This document shows, one piece after another, positions 47,568 through 59,391 of a stretch of 64,000 bases of DNA. Source of the stretch: Geosiphon pyriformis uo1. Taxonomy: Eukaryota; Fungi; Glomeromycota. The stretch spans positions 62,001 through 126,000 of the forward strand of contig JAAOMT010000299.1 in assembly GCA_016748015.1 (NCBI GenBank), in the 5' to 3' direction. How positions within the stretch are numbered: position 1 is the first letter of the stretch; every line of letters starts with the position of its first letter. Below the pieces are notes generated by a model. That model saw nothing but the letters and a program-made list of their open reading frames with translations. It had not been told where the DNA came from and searched no databases. The position numbers and the translations under genes were made by a program.

Positions 47568-48255
47568 TAATTTTCTCCTCAAGACTGAGCTCCGTCAAAG
47601 TCCAAGTACTATCTGTGATGTTAAGATAGTGGTCCAAGATAATTGAAGTGATCTGGGCTGAAAATTGTTGAAATTTTAGTTCTGTGAGTTTTCCAATGTA
47701 TTAAATCTTTATTGGATGGAGTATTGGATTTTGTAGGACGTTTTCACAAGTATTGAATAAATTATAGAGTCTAGATGCTGTTCTAAGTTTGTAGCAAGTG
47801 TTTGTTAGTCCAGCTGCTGTTTTGAATTCATTGTGAATTTGTTTTTGTATAGTCTCAGGAGTGATGTTGGTTGCTTCAAGTTCCAGTTTTCGTTTATAAA
47901 GTGTTTTTCCAATATGAAAATATCTATATATAAGAGTATGTTTCTTGTTCTGTTCATTGAGGAATAGTAGAAGTTTTTGTTGCATTGTGGCATTTGGTGG
48001 AATGTCAATAGAGGCAATTAAAAGGTTTTTTTTTAGTGCTTGCTTCAAAAGTTCTGGTAACCTATTTCCAGAGTGACCTCTTGTTTTTCTTCTATAAGGT
48101 TGATAGTTCTGAGAATTATTTACTATTGGAGCTGTGGTTTCTTTTTGAATGTAATTAATTTGACTTCCATTAATCGTTATGGACAAGTCAGGAAGTGGTT
48201 TCAAAGCTAACATTAATTTTTGGAATATTTGTTGAATATTTCAGGGAATAATCAT
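47548..48255 (-). pseudogene. ORF3 of F (unknown function; two internal stops; reads through PPT into LTR)
   Basis: ORF 47701-48213 extends in frame to ATG 48255 and past a TAA to YIGKLTEL..EEKIMLPVEF*. Confidence 0.72.
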
Positions 48256-48429
48256 GATAAAAATGACTAATTAATAACAAAGTTTGAAAAGAATAAAGAA
48301 AATTATTTTTGGGTATAGGGTTTTTATTTGTTTTTGGGTTTGAATGTTTTTGTAATTTTTTACTATTTTTGTTTTTGTGTGTTTATTAAAAAAATTATTG
48401 TAAACTTATGTTGAATTAAGTGTTCAAGT

Positions 48430-49801
48430 TTGGTTGTTGTTCTATTATAATTATTGGTTCTAAATTTCAGGGAATATTTTCAATGTTAATTAAAAGGGAA
48501 TGTGTACCAATTTGTGGAATTAATGGTTCAGGATTATTTCTGGAATAATAGTGTTTTAATCTGTCTTCATATGCAATTTTTGCTAGTATTTTGTCATCAA
48601 GTCTTAACTTGTATGATTTATTGTCTAGAATTTCGTGAATATAAAATGGTCCATCCTATTTGTTTTCAAATTTTCCACTCCATTGTTTTTCAGCCTTAGT
48701 TCTGTGCAAGAGAACTTTATTTCCAACTTTAAATTTGTTGGTAATGGGTGATAATTTGTTGTCATGTCTTTCTTTTTGTTGAGCTTGGGAATGTTCAATA
48801 TGAGTTGCTGCTATCTTTTTTTTTCCTTTTAGTGTACTAAGAAGAGTGTAGGCCCTTCTTTGGAGTGTTTCTTGAAAGTTTTCTTCATTGATTGGTTGCA
48901 CTGAATATGTTTCCACTGTGGAATTAATTGGTAATGTTGCTGTCTTTCCATAAGTTAAATCAAATAGTGTGTGTTTTATAGTATCTTGTTTTAGTGTTCT
49001 GTATGCTAGTAACACTGATGAAATAAAGATATCCCATTCCTGTTCAAAGTTTGTTAAGACTTTGGCTAAAGATTTACACAATGTTCTGTTGAAACATTCT
49101 ACAAGTCTATTTGTTTGGAGATAATAAGGTAATGACAGAGGTTTTTTGACATTGAATCTTTCACAAATTTCTTGTATCAAGTTGTTCACAAAATGTGTTC
49201 CTTAATTAGATAAAAGTTCAATTGGGCATCCATGTCTACAAATAATGTCTTCATAGATGAAATTTGCTACTGATTTTGCATCTGCTCTTTGAATGGCTTT
49301 AGCTTCAGACCATTTGGTAAGATAATCTACTACAATTGCAATATAACAATTTTCTTGAGTTGTGATAGGTAATGGACTGACTAAATCAATTCCAACTCTG
49401 TCAAAAGGTTGTCCAACTTTGATTGGATTTAAAGGTTCTATAAGGTGAGTTTCTCTTTTTTTTTGACAACTATTACAAGATTCTACATATTGTCAAATGT
49501 CTTTTTGCATTTAAGGCCAAAAGTAATGTTCAAAAGTTCTTTGTATTGTTCTATCTCTTTCCAAGTGTGCTGAAGAAGGATCTGTGTGCATGTTGTATAA
49601 GATTGTTTCATTTTCATTTTCTTGTACTAATCTGAGTAATTAGTTTAAATTTCTGTAATTTTTGTAATAAATTTTGTTGTGATATATGAAGTATTGTTTA
49701 GATTGGTGTTGTAATCGATGTTTTTCACTTGGAGACCAATCTTCTGGCATGGTGAGAGTCTCCAAATAGTTTTTAAGATTGTTGTAATTTCTGGAATCCA
49801 T
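48430..49801 (-). pseudogene. Integrase of F, apparently a separate ORF
   Basis: ATG 49801 (MDSRNYNNLKNYL); MHTDPSSAH, YFWP, CNSCQ; VGIDLV; QTNRLVECFNRTL; no chromodomain seen; 3' end approximate. Confidence 0.9.
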
Positions 49802-49856
49802 TGTTGTTTTGTTGGTTTGTTGGTAGTAATAAGTTGTAGTGGAATTGTTGATGGTA

Positions 49857-52800
49857 TTAATCTTGTCTCATTCTTGAGAGGCTATCAACATTGGTGTGTA
49901 ATTTTCCTGGTTTGTAATGTACAATGTATCTGTAGTCTGCTAGGAAATCATTTCATCAAGACTGTTTGGCACTTTGTTCAGTTTTCTTTTTATTGAGCCA
50001 TTTGAAGCCAATATTGTCAGTTATAATATTAAACTCTTTTCCATTCTTCAGGTATTGTTGAAAGTGTTTGAGAGCCCAAATGACTGCAGCAGCTTTTAGT
50101 TCAGTTGAGCCATATTTGAGTTCTGTTGGTTTAAGTGTTTTACTAGCATAGGCAATGACTTGTTCCTGGCCATTTTCATCTAATTGTGATAGGATGGCAC
50201 CAAATGCTGTATGTGAAGCATCAGTGGCTAGTTGAAACCATTTGTTGAAGTCTGAATAACCAAGAACTGGGGCTGTTGTCAATTTTGTTTTGAGAGTGTC
50301 AAAGGCTTTTTGTTGTTCTTTAGTCTATTGGTATAACACATTTTTGTTGGTAAAATAATTGAGTGGTTTAGCAATTTCTGAGAATTCTTTAATGAATTTC
50401 TAATAGTAGGAGGTTAATCCTACAAATTCTCATAGCTCTGTGGTATTTTTGAGAGTTTGGAGGTTTTTGACAGCACTGATTGTTCTAGAGTTTGGTTTGA
50501 CTCCATCTTTGCTTACAATGTGTTCAAGAAAGATTAAGCTTGTTTTTTCAAAGTGACATTTCTCAATGTTCAACTTTAATCCTGTTTTCTGTAATAGTTG
50601 AAAAACTTTTCACAGGTAAATAAGGTGGTCTTCAAAGCTTGGTGAGTATACATCAGTGTTATCAAAATAAACAACTACTAATTGCCACAAGAGTTTTTTA
50701 TATACAACATCTATAAGTCGTTGGAATGTTGCTGGTGCATTGCAGAGTCCAAAAGGCATAACATTGAACTTATAGTTTCCTCCTTGAGTGTTAAATGCTG
50801 TTTTGGGTCTATCTTTTGGGTCCATTTCGACTTGCCAGTATCCACTTTCTAAGTCTAAAGTTGAGAAGAACTTGGCTTTTCCTAAAGCATCTAATATGTC
50901 ATTAATTCTTGGAAGAGGATAGGCATCTCTAATTATAACACTATTCAGTTGTCTATAATCAACACAGAATCTGATTTTTTCGTTTTTCTTTTTAACTAAA
51001 ACTACTGGTAAGACCCATGGACTTCTTGATGGTTGAATCAATCCATTATTGAGCATTCTCTGGACTTTTTCTCTGATGAATTGGTGGCTGGCAGGTGGTA
51101 CTTTGTAAGCTTGCTGATGTTTTGGTGGAGCATCTCCTGTATGAATCTGATGTTGGACAATATCAGTTTTTCCCAGATCATTGTTGTTTTTTGCAAATAT
51201 GTCAGCAAATTCAGCTATCAATTGTTTCAATTGTCTTTGTTGTTGGGGTTCTAAGAGACCCATGTTGATTTAAGAGAGTTTTTCTTCCAAAAGATGATAG
51301 TTTTCAGTAGTAGGAATGATGTTTGGATTTGAGAGTAGGGTATGTCTTATAATTTCGATGAAATTAGAGACAATTTGAGAGTTTTCATCTTGAAAGATGT
51401 TACTGTGTATTATTCCAATCTGTAATTTGTTTAATAAAACAATAGGGTAATTATTGGGGTTATAAAATGTAACTCGGAATTTTTTTATTTCTTTGGGAAT
51501 ATAAATGTTTGGGATTGAGATTTCATGCTCTAAACAGATTTGTTCATTGGATTCAAAGATTTGTTGGGTAGTGGTGAGTTTTGAGCAAGTGTAAATTTCG
51601 TGATGTTCACCAAAAAAAGAAATGGTAATTGGTTGGGGAAGTTAAAGAATCTGGTAAGATTTATTCTGTGTATTGAGAGCTATGTTTACTGGCACTGTAA
51701 ATCGTTCAGTTGAACTAAAACCTTGAGTTCCTCTTTCACTTTTTCCTAATTGTTCTCTGTTTTTAACTGATTGTAAATCCGAAATGTTGATTAAGGGTAG
51801 GTAAATTGCTTGGGCAATTTTCTCAGCATGTTCAATCCTTAATGGTTTGTTTGTTTCATTCTGTAACATAATGGTAATGTCTCCAGTATATCCTGCATCT
51901 ATAATTCTTCTTCTAATGTTGATTTCTTTGCTTGCCAATGATGATCTGGATGCAATTTGAACCATTGCTCCAGGTGAAATTTCAAGAGCAATTTTGAAAT
52001 TGATTTTTGTTAAGGATTTTGGTTGAAGAACTAAAGTGTCTTTGCCAGGATATCTGAGGTCATATCCTGCATCAATTTCGTGGGCTTTTTCTGGTTTTAT
52101 TCCTTGGCCATAGTTATCGAAATATTTGAATTATAGGGGTGGTTGATTTTCAAGAAGATAAATAGGGGTGATTGGTAGTTTTCTACCAATTCAGATACTC
52201 CAAATTCGATTTCATTTTTATTATTCCCATCTGACAGAGGAATGCTAAGAGCATAGCATTCTAAACATCATTGGTCATTACATAGCATAACACATTCTTC
52301 ACATAATTAAATATGCATTTGCTCTAATTATTGAATTTAAGCTTTTTTGGTGAGATATGTGTGGCTTGCAATTTGGTGGTAGGTTTCTATTTCATCTTTA
52401 TAATCAAATCCAGCTAATTCTATGGTATACTCAATGTATTTAGCTTCTTTCATTTGGCAGACATCTTCTTGGGTGGCTCTATTGATTAATGTTATTGCTA
52501 AGTCAAAGATCATTTCAGCATTATGAGAGTAGTGGTAAAGTTTATTGAGAGCATTGTTGTATGCTGCATCAAATGGTGTTCCTCTTCTGACTTTTTCCGA
52601 GATTAATAGAGCATATTGACAGGTTTGATCACATACTTCTCCTCTCATTGCAACATCAATCCAGTTGCATTCTTCTGGTAGAATATCTCCACATGTGAGA
52701 CAAGAAGTGTTGTCCCATTTTCCATTCTTTTTGGGATATCCAAATCGTTCTTTATGACATGCTTTGCAAAAATAGCAGGTACGAGTTTCATATTCCTCTT

Positions 52801-53430
52801 CTGGAAAGATACATGCTCCCATGGATGAAAGTTTTTTGTTGCAATCTTTGCATTTGAGTGGAATGTAGGGTGGTTGTTTCCGTGGTTCTGCTGTAGAATA
52901 TCTAACTTTCCTCCATCTTCTTGATTCTTCAAAAATCTCCTGTTTTGTTTCTTCAGCCCAATTGAATGTTGATCCAAGAGCCATGTAGATTTCAGTAAGT
53001 GGCATTTCTTTCCTCTCTTCAAATTCAAATACTGGGGCTTTTTCTAATTGTTTGTTAAAAGTACTACAAGTAGCAGATACTATAGTGTATTGTTCTTGAT
53101 ATAAGATTTTTAGTTCTTGGGTTTTCCAATCTAAGTTTGCATTTGTCTTGAGAAGCCAATCATTTCCGACCAGAGCTTGGTATTAGGGTGCATTCATAAT
53201 TAGAACTTTAACTAGAATGGTGATTCCATCAATGATAAATAAAAAATTGTCAATTTCTCCTACTGGTGTCTTTTTCATACCCTTCACTATAACAATTACA
53301 GTTTGGGCTGGTTTGTCAACAGTTTTTTGAAACTGTTGCATTAACTGGTAGGTGATAATATTTCCAGCTGATCCACTATCTAGAATTAGTCAGATGGACT
53401 TTCCTTCAACTGTAGCTTCAGTATACATGG
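49857..53430 (-). pseudogene. pol: pol of F: protease, Cys-rich domain, dUTPase (~51700-52110), RT, RNase H
   Basis: LILDSGSAG; DAGYDLRYPG, SRSSLA, IIDAGYTGDI, KIAQ, RGTQGFSST; FCVDYRQLN, MPFGLCNAPATFQ, YFDN; LATDAS, NVDSLSR. Confidence 0.95.
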
Positions 53431-55464
53431 CAGTAATAGTTTTTTGCTCATTGACTGCTGCATTGCTAAGTAAAAATGGTGCTTTATTTGCTTCAAATTC
53501 GAATGGGAATATATCTGAAAGATTGGCATTTTGGGCAATTTGGGCTGATAGAATGGTGTTGTTGGAAGGGTTTGATCTTGGTGCTGCAACTTCACCTTCA
53601 GAAAGTGCAGTTTGTTAAAAATCCGATTCTTCTGGTATTGTAAGATAACTGGGTTGAATGTGATAGTGGTTGGGTCTCTGCTGACCAGAATTTCGGGGAA
53701 CCAACTGGTTATTTGGATTGATTCTGTTATTATTATTCTGAAATTGATTTTGGGATGTAAATTGGTTATGTTGAATCAATCTTCTGGCTGGTATTTGATA
53801 TTGTTAAGTGAGTGGTGTTTAATATTGCTGAATTGGTAAAGGTTGCTGATATTGTGGCTGTATTGGTTGTGGAGCTGGTTAATAGTAGCTGTTTTGATTT
53901 TGTGGTCTTGGTGAATAATAAGTTGGTGGTGGAAGTTGGTAATAAGATTGTTGTGGTGAAGAGTAACATTGATTATTCCTGTTTTGTTGGTCTCTTTGCA
54001 ATTTCCTGCAATCTTGTTTCCAATGTCCTGGAATTCTACAATAATGACAATTTTAAGTTTGGTTGTTGGGAGTGATCAGAGTTGTTTTGGTTATGTCATT
54101 GTGGTGGTTGGTATCTTTGTAGTTGCTGCTGTTGTTGTTGTTGATTGGTAAAGTAATTTTCAACCTTCTTTGTAAGTTGGTCTATTTTTTTTTCAGCTGC
54201 TGAGCTGGTTTCTCCAATAGCTAAGTTGACAAGTTTGGTGTAATTTGTTTCTTTCATTGCCATTTCATAGTTTTTTGCATGTCTAATGGCAGTTGCTAAG
54301 TCTTCTGGGGCATGTGAGTAAATTTTCTTGATTAATTTGTTCTTTAATTCTGCTATAAACTGATCCAAAATCTGAGCATTGAAATAGTAGTCATTGGTTT
54401 CCAATTGTTGAATTTGTCAAAGAAGTTTGTTGAATCTTCCAAGATAGGTCATAACAGTTTCAGATGTTTCTTGTTTGATATTGTGAAAGTGGTTTCTGAG
54501 AGTGATAGAGGTGTTGTTGTAGAAAAGCATCTTTGAATGCTTGCCAGCTTTCAAATAGTTCTTCTAAGTTTTCAAACCATTCTCCTGCTGTTCCTTAGAG
54601 AAAGTATGAGATTGCTTTGAGCATTCTTGCTGCATTCCAACCATTTGCATCTCCTGCTTTTTGAACTTTGTTAAGCCATTCTTGAGAACTGGTATCATTA
54701 TCTTCACCAGTAAATTCTGGGATCTTTGCAATGTAAGCAGTTGCCATTTCTTTTTCGTTTTCTGTAGTTTCTTCTTGTTCTGATTCAGTTTCTTCACTTT
54801 CTAAGTTTTCTGAAAGATTACTTTCGATTTCCTCTAAGTACTCAATAATATTGGTACTTGTTGATATGGGTTCCTGCTGTTAAGTAGGATTTCTAAGTAA
54901 CTGAAAATCTTTTGGTCTAGAGAAATGGCTAAGTGGTAAATTTGGTGTTTGTGATTGAACAAGTGAAATTGGAAATAGTGTAATAGAAAGTAGTAATTTG
55001 ACACTGGTTCCTTGTTCAGGTGTTTGTAAGTGTTTGGTAGTTGTCTTTGGTAGTGTTAGAGTGTTTGGTGTGGTTCTTGAATATTGTTTTACTTTGTTTT
55101 TGCCTTTGTTGCTTGTTTCTGTTTCTGATTCAAAATCAAGAGAGTATTGAGACTGGACTGGGTATGTTTCTTCACAATACTTGATAATGTTAAAATTGAG
55201 TTCTTGGAAGTAGGTGGCAAGTGTATCACTGTTAAGGTCTTCAGTTTCCAACTGTGAATAGTGCACTAATTTATTGTAAAAGTTGCTTCTCACTTCTGAA
55301 ATGTTGTAATTTCCAAGAAGATAATTGTTGATACAATTTTCAATATATTGGTATACTGATTTTTTGACAGCTTTAATTCCGTCTGGAATGTTGAATCTTT
55401 GCTTGCAGTGGGTGTAAATTGACTGATAATACTCTAGAGTTGCTGTGTCTGATATAGTCGCCAC
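53430..55464 (-). pseudogene. gag: gag of F
   Basis: IAKIPEFTGED, DYYFNAQILDQFIAELK; long Q/N/P-rich C-terminal tract. Confidence 0.88.
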
Positions 55465-55491
55465 TTTGAAGTTGTTATTGCTGTGTTATTT

Positions 55492-55507
55492 CCGTGAGAG
55501 AACACCA
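55492..55507 (-). promoter_or_regulatory. PBS of F (TGGTGTTCTCTCACGG)
   Basis: 2 nt from 5' LTR; matches A PBS with two transitions. Confidence 0.83.
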
Positions 55508-55509
55508 AA

Positions 55510-56480
55510 TGTTACTGGAGATTTTTGGTTTCTTTTCTTGAATGTTGTTAATGTTGATTTGCTGTGAATTCACGTTTTCAGGAAGTAGTTGGACCTCCAG
55601 TAACTGAATTTATCTTCAAATTATCTCCTATAATTTGAACTGCTGGGCTTATGAATGGAATGGCCAATTCCTTGCCAGTTACTTTATGTAGTTACATTGT
55701 AGTAAATGTCAACTCTTTCCCAGAAATTGCTTATCTGGAAGCTCACTAAAAATGTGTAGTTACTTTGCTGTGAAAGTCAACTTTTCTACAGGAATCTCGT
55801 CTGTAGGCTACTCTAATGATTATAATAAGAAAAAGAAAGAAAAATAAAAGAAATGTAAAAGAAATAGAATTTATTAAGGGAAACGTTTTCTATCCAGGCC
55901 TGGAGTCACTAACAGATTATTGAAATTAGTAGCTAATCAATTTCAAAACGTTAGTTGTGTTGAGAGAATTTCAAGTGTAATAATTTTAAGAATTTGTTTT
56001 TTGAATATTTAATTTTTATTTGAATGTGTAAAAAATAATTTGTTTCAATTAAGATATCTAAAGTAAGATACTATGTTAAGAGACTATGAGAAGATACATT
56101 TTCTTGAAGAGAGAAGCTTTTCTTTTATACAACTTTTTGTAGTACTAGTTTTTGAACTTGTACTTTTCTCTTTTCTACAATTTGGGTGAACTAAAGATAT
56201 ATTTCGGTGAATTTACAAGTTATTTCACTGAACTATTGATTATTTCAGCAAATTTTCATTAATTTCGGCGAATTTTGACTATGCTAAATGGTTTAGAGTA
56301 TTGTGTAATTTGATCATCTTAATTTCTAGAGTACAAATCGGATTATTGATTGAGTAATAATATTTGATAATTTGATTAAATAATAATTATAATCGAAATA
56401 ATAATGATATATGTTAATTAATAATAAGAATTATAAGAGTAATTTTATGCTAGTTAATAGCTAAAATTCTACTGGTAATA
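55510..56480 (-). repeat. 5' LTR of F
   Basis: Direct repeat of 46596-47567. Confidence 0.96.
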
Positions 56481-57275
56481 GTAGATATCTAATGGGATTA
56501 TAGATCTGAAGGTTTTCATATCCAAAGGTTTTGTTGTGAAGTTTTTTGTATAATGGACAAAGATTCAATAGTTGTTTCAGTAGTCTTCCGAAATTGCAAT
56601 TCTGTAGAATTTTTTTCTTAGTGTGGTGGCTGGTAATTCTCCTGGTAAGCTATTTTCAAATCTATGAGTCTTTTACTAATCCTTATAATGTCTGTACTTT
56701 AGTGCTTTAATCTTTTAAACAATTAACAAATAACAACAAAAGAGAAAAATGAAAAAAATAAGAAATAAACCAAGGCAATTCAAATTAGTATCCTGTCAAT
56801 AGTCATGATTAAGAGCTATTGTTCCAGTATGGTTAAGTATTTGATACTATCAATATGAAATGTTAATAGTGAAGAGTAAATTTAGATAGCAAATAATTAT
56901 TTATTAATATTTGTAAATTAAATGGTTGCTTAAATCAAATCTAAACTGAGAGGTCTGTTTTTTTTTCTTCTAATACTACTACTATATATACATAATTGAT
57001 GTTCTATGAGATCACTCACATTCCCGAGTGATGTGCTATGATTTTTTGAACAATGTTCATATTGCTGAGCAATGTGCCCTAATTTTCTAACATTGCTTCA
57101 TATTGCTAAACAATTTGCTGTGATTTCTGATATTGCTTCACATTGTTGAACAATGTACTGTGATTTCTGATATTGCTCCACATTGCTGAGCAATGTGCTT
57201 ATGTGCTAACTACTACTCTCCTATTGGTCTACTCTTTTCTATATCTGTTGTTTTTTTTTCTTTTTATGAATAACA
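56481..57275 (-). repeat. Main part of 3' LTR of E (remainder at 46518-46595)
   Basis: Homologous to D and I LTRs; ends TAACA on the plus strand next to the PPT. Confidence 0.9.
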
Positions 57276-57289
57276 TTATCTCTTTCTTT

Positions 57290-57960
57290 TAATATTGAGC
57301 TCCATCAAAATTCTCATTTTGAATTATGTCAAATATTTCTTTTTCAAGTAGCATTTGTTTTACCCTACTCTTTATTTCTTTAATTTGTGAGTTGTTAATT
57401 TTTCTTTATTGGTTGATAATTATTGTTTCTATGTCAAAGTATAACAATACTTTTGGGTAGTTTTGAAATATAGTGTGTAGTTAATAAATAGTCCTGATAT
57501 GTAGTGTCAAGTTTGTTTTCTTTTCAATAATGTCTTTAATGTTCTGGACTATCTCTTGATTGAAGATTCTCTTGGATTTGTCAAGATATAATTTCTAAAT
57601 ATCTACTTTTTGTTTCAATTAGTAGTAGCAGTATGGTATTGAAAGTTGGTCTAATCATTGGTTCCAATTTTTTTTTTACCAGTTCTTCTGTTAAAACTCT
57701 GATGGTTATCTTTCCAAAAGTGTTCTTTACTTTCTTTACTATTTTATTTGACCAGTTTATTGATTGTTTTTGTGGTTGCTAGTATGATGTACTTTTTTTT
57801 TTTAGTTTGGTGTTTTGATAACAAATTGTTTGGTTGTTGATAATAATTTCCATGTTTCCTGGTTGTTGACTTAAAGCCTGAAACAATTGTTGAGCTAAAG
57901 TGTGAATATGGTCTGGTATTTCAATTTTTTTTTGTTGCTTTTGTTATGTATATTGTCTCT
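57290..57960 (-). pseudogene. ORF3 of E (degenerate)
   Basis: Hand translation: AQQLFQAL..EIIINN..YCYY*LKQKV..IRTIY*LHTIF..NQ*RKI..FDGAQY*. Confidence 0.65.
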
Positions 57961-57989
57961 TTATATACTTTTTTGATTGTTTAATTTAA

Positions 57990-59373
57990 TGTGTTTGGTT
58001 CAATAATTATGATTGGTTCCAAATCTTGTAGAATCTCATCTGGTTGGACTAGTATTCTCTGTACTCCTAATTGTAGAATATTACTGTTAGATGATAACAC
58101 TATATGATGATATGGTTTCAGTCAATCACCATGTGCTGTTTTAGCTAAGATTTTGTTGTTCTATCTTAATTTATAAGCTCCATTTCCAAGAATTTCTTCT
58201 ATGTAAAATGGTCCATCCCATTTGGGATCAAATTTTCCACTCCATTGTTTTTCTGTTTTGGTATAATATAGAAATACTTTGTTTCCAATCTTGAATTCAA
58301 CTGGTTTCTCTGATAGTTGGTTATTGTGTCTTTTTTTTTGTAACTTTTGGATATTATTAGCTGCTCTTCGCCATGTGTTTTCCAATGTCTTCATTAAGTC
58401 ATATGTTCTTTTCAACAATGTTCTTTGAAAATTTTCTTTTGTTATTGGTTCTGTTGGATATGTTTTGACTTCTATCTCAACTGATAATATTGCTGTTCTA
58501 CCATATACTAATTTGAATAGTGTTGCTTGTGTAGTGTTTTGCTTCATTGTTTGATAAACAAATAATACTAATAATATAAACAAATTCCATTTGTCTTGGT
58601 TTTTTTGGCTGATTTTGGCAATTGCTTCACACAATGTTTTGTTAAATCTTTTAACTAACCCATTTGTTTGTGGATAGTATGATGATGATAATGGTTTTTT
58701 TATCCCAAATTTTTGACTCAATTCTGTTAATGTTTTATTCACAAAGTGAGTTTCTTAATCAGATAACAATTCTTTTAGACATCTGTGTTGACAGATCAAA
58801 TCTTGATAAACAAATTTGGCAACAGATTCTGCATCTGCTTTTTGAATAGCTTTTGCTTCTGGCTATTTTATAAGATAATTAATGGCTACTGCAATATATT
58901 TGTTGTCTCTGCTGATAATTGATAGTGGTCCAATTAAATCAATTCCAATATAATCAAATAGTCATCTCACTTTGATTGGTTTCAATAGTTCACTGGGTTT
59001 TGCTTCATCTCTTCTCTGACAAACATTACAATTTTGAACATATTGAATGATATCTGGATACATTGATGGCCAATAATATCTTTTCTTGGTTCTTTCTATG
59101 ATTGCTTCTTTATAAAAATAACCTGCTGTTGGATCTGAATGCATGTTCAACAATATTGTTTCTTTCTTTGGTTCTGTGATTACTCTGATTGGTTAATTTG
59201 AATTTCTTTTGTTTTTTTGGTACAGTATATTTTAATGGTTGATAAAATATTTTGATTGTTGTTTTATGTTGTTTTGTTTCTTTTGAGATTATTTCTCCTT
59301 GAACAATTGAGTATTTATATAATATTAGAGTTGTTAATATTTTTGTATATTCATTTTTTGTTATATTTTTCAT
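57990..59373 (-). pseudogene. Integrase of E
   Basis: MHSDPTAG, YYWP, CNVCQRR; QTNGLVKRFNKTL; KFDPKWDGPFYI (GPF/Y domain). Confidence 0.9.
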
Positions 59374-59391
59374 TGATTTGTTCTGGTTTTT

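Larger units (their letters stand above)
46596..56480 (-). mobile_element. Full-length Ty3/Gypsy element F (9.9 kb), among the best preserved copies
   Basis: LTR pair 46596-47567 and 55510-56480 (~4% different by hand count); PBS 55492-55507; PPT GAGGAGAAAA; 4-bp TSD GTAA/GTAG. Confidence 0.96.

Noticed and set aside
57990-58160. Chromodomain at integrase C-terminus
   Set aside because: Tail after the GPF domain is short and lacks the Y.VKW.G motif
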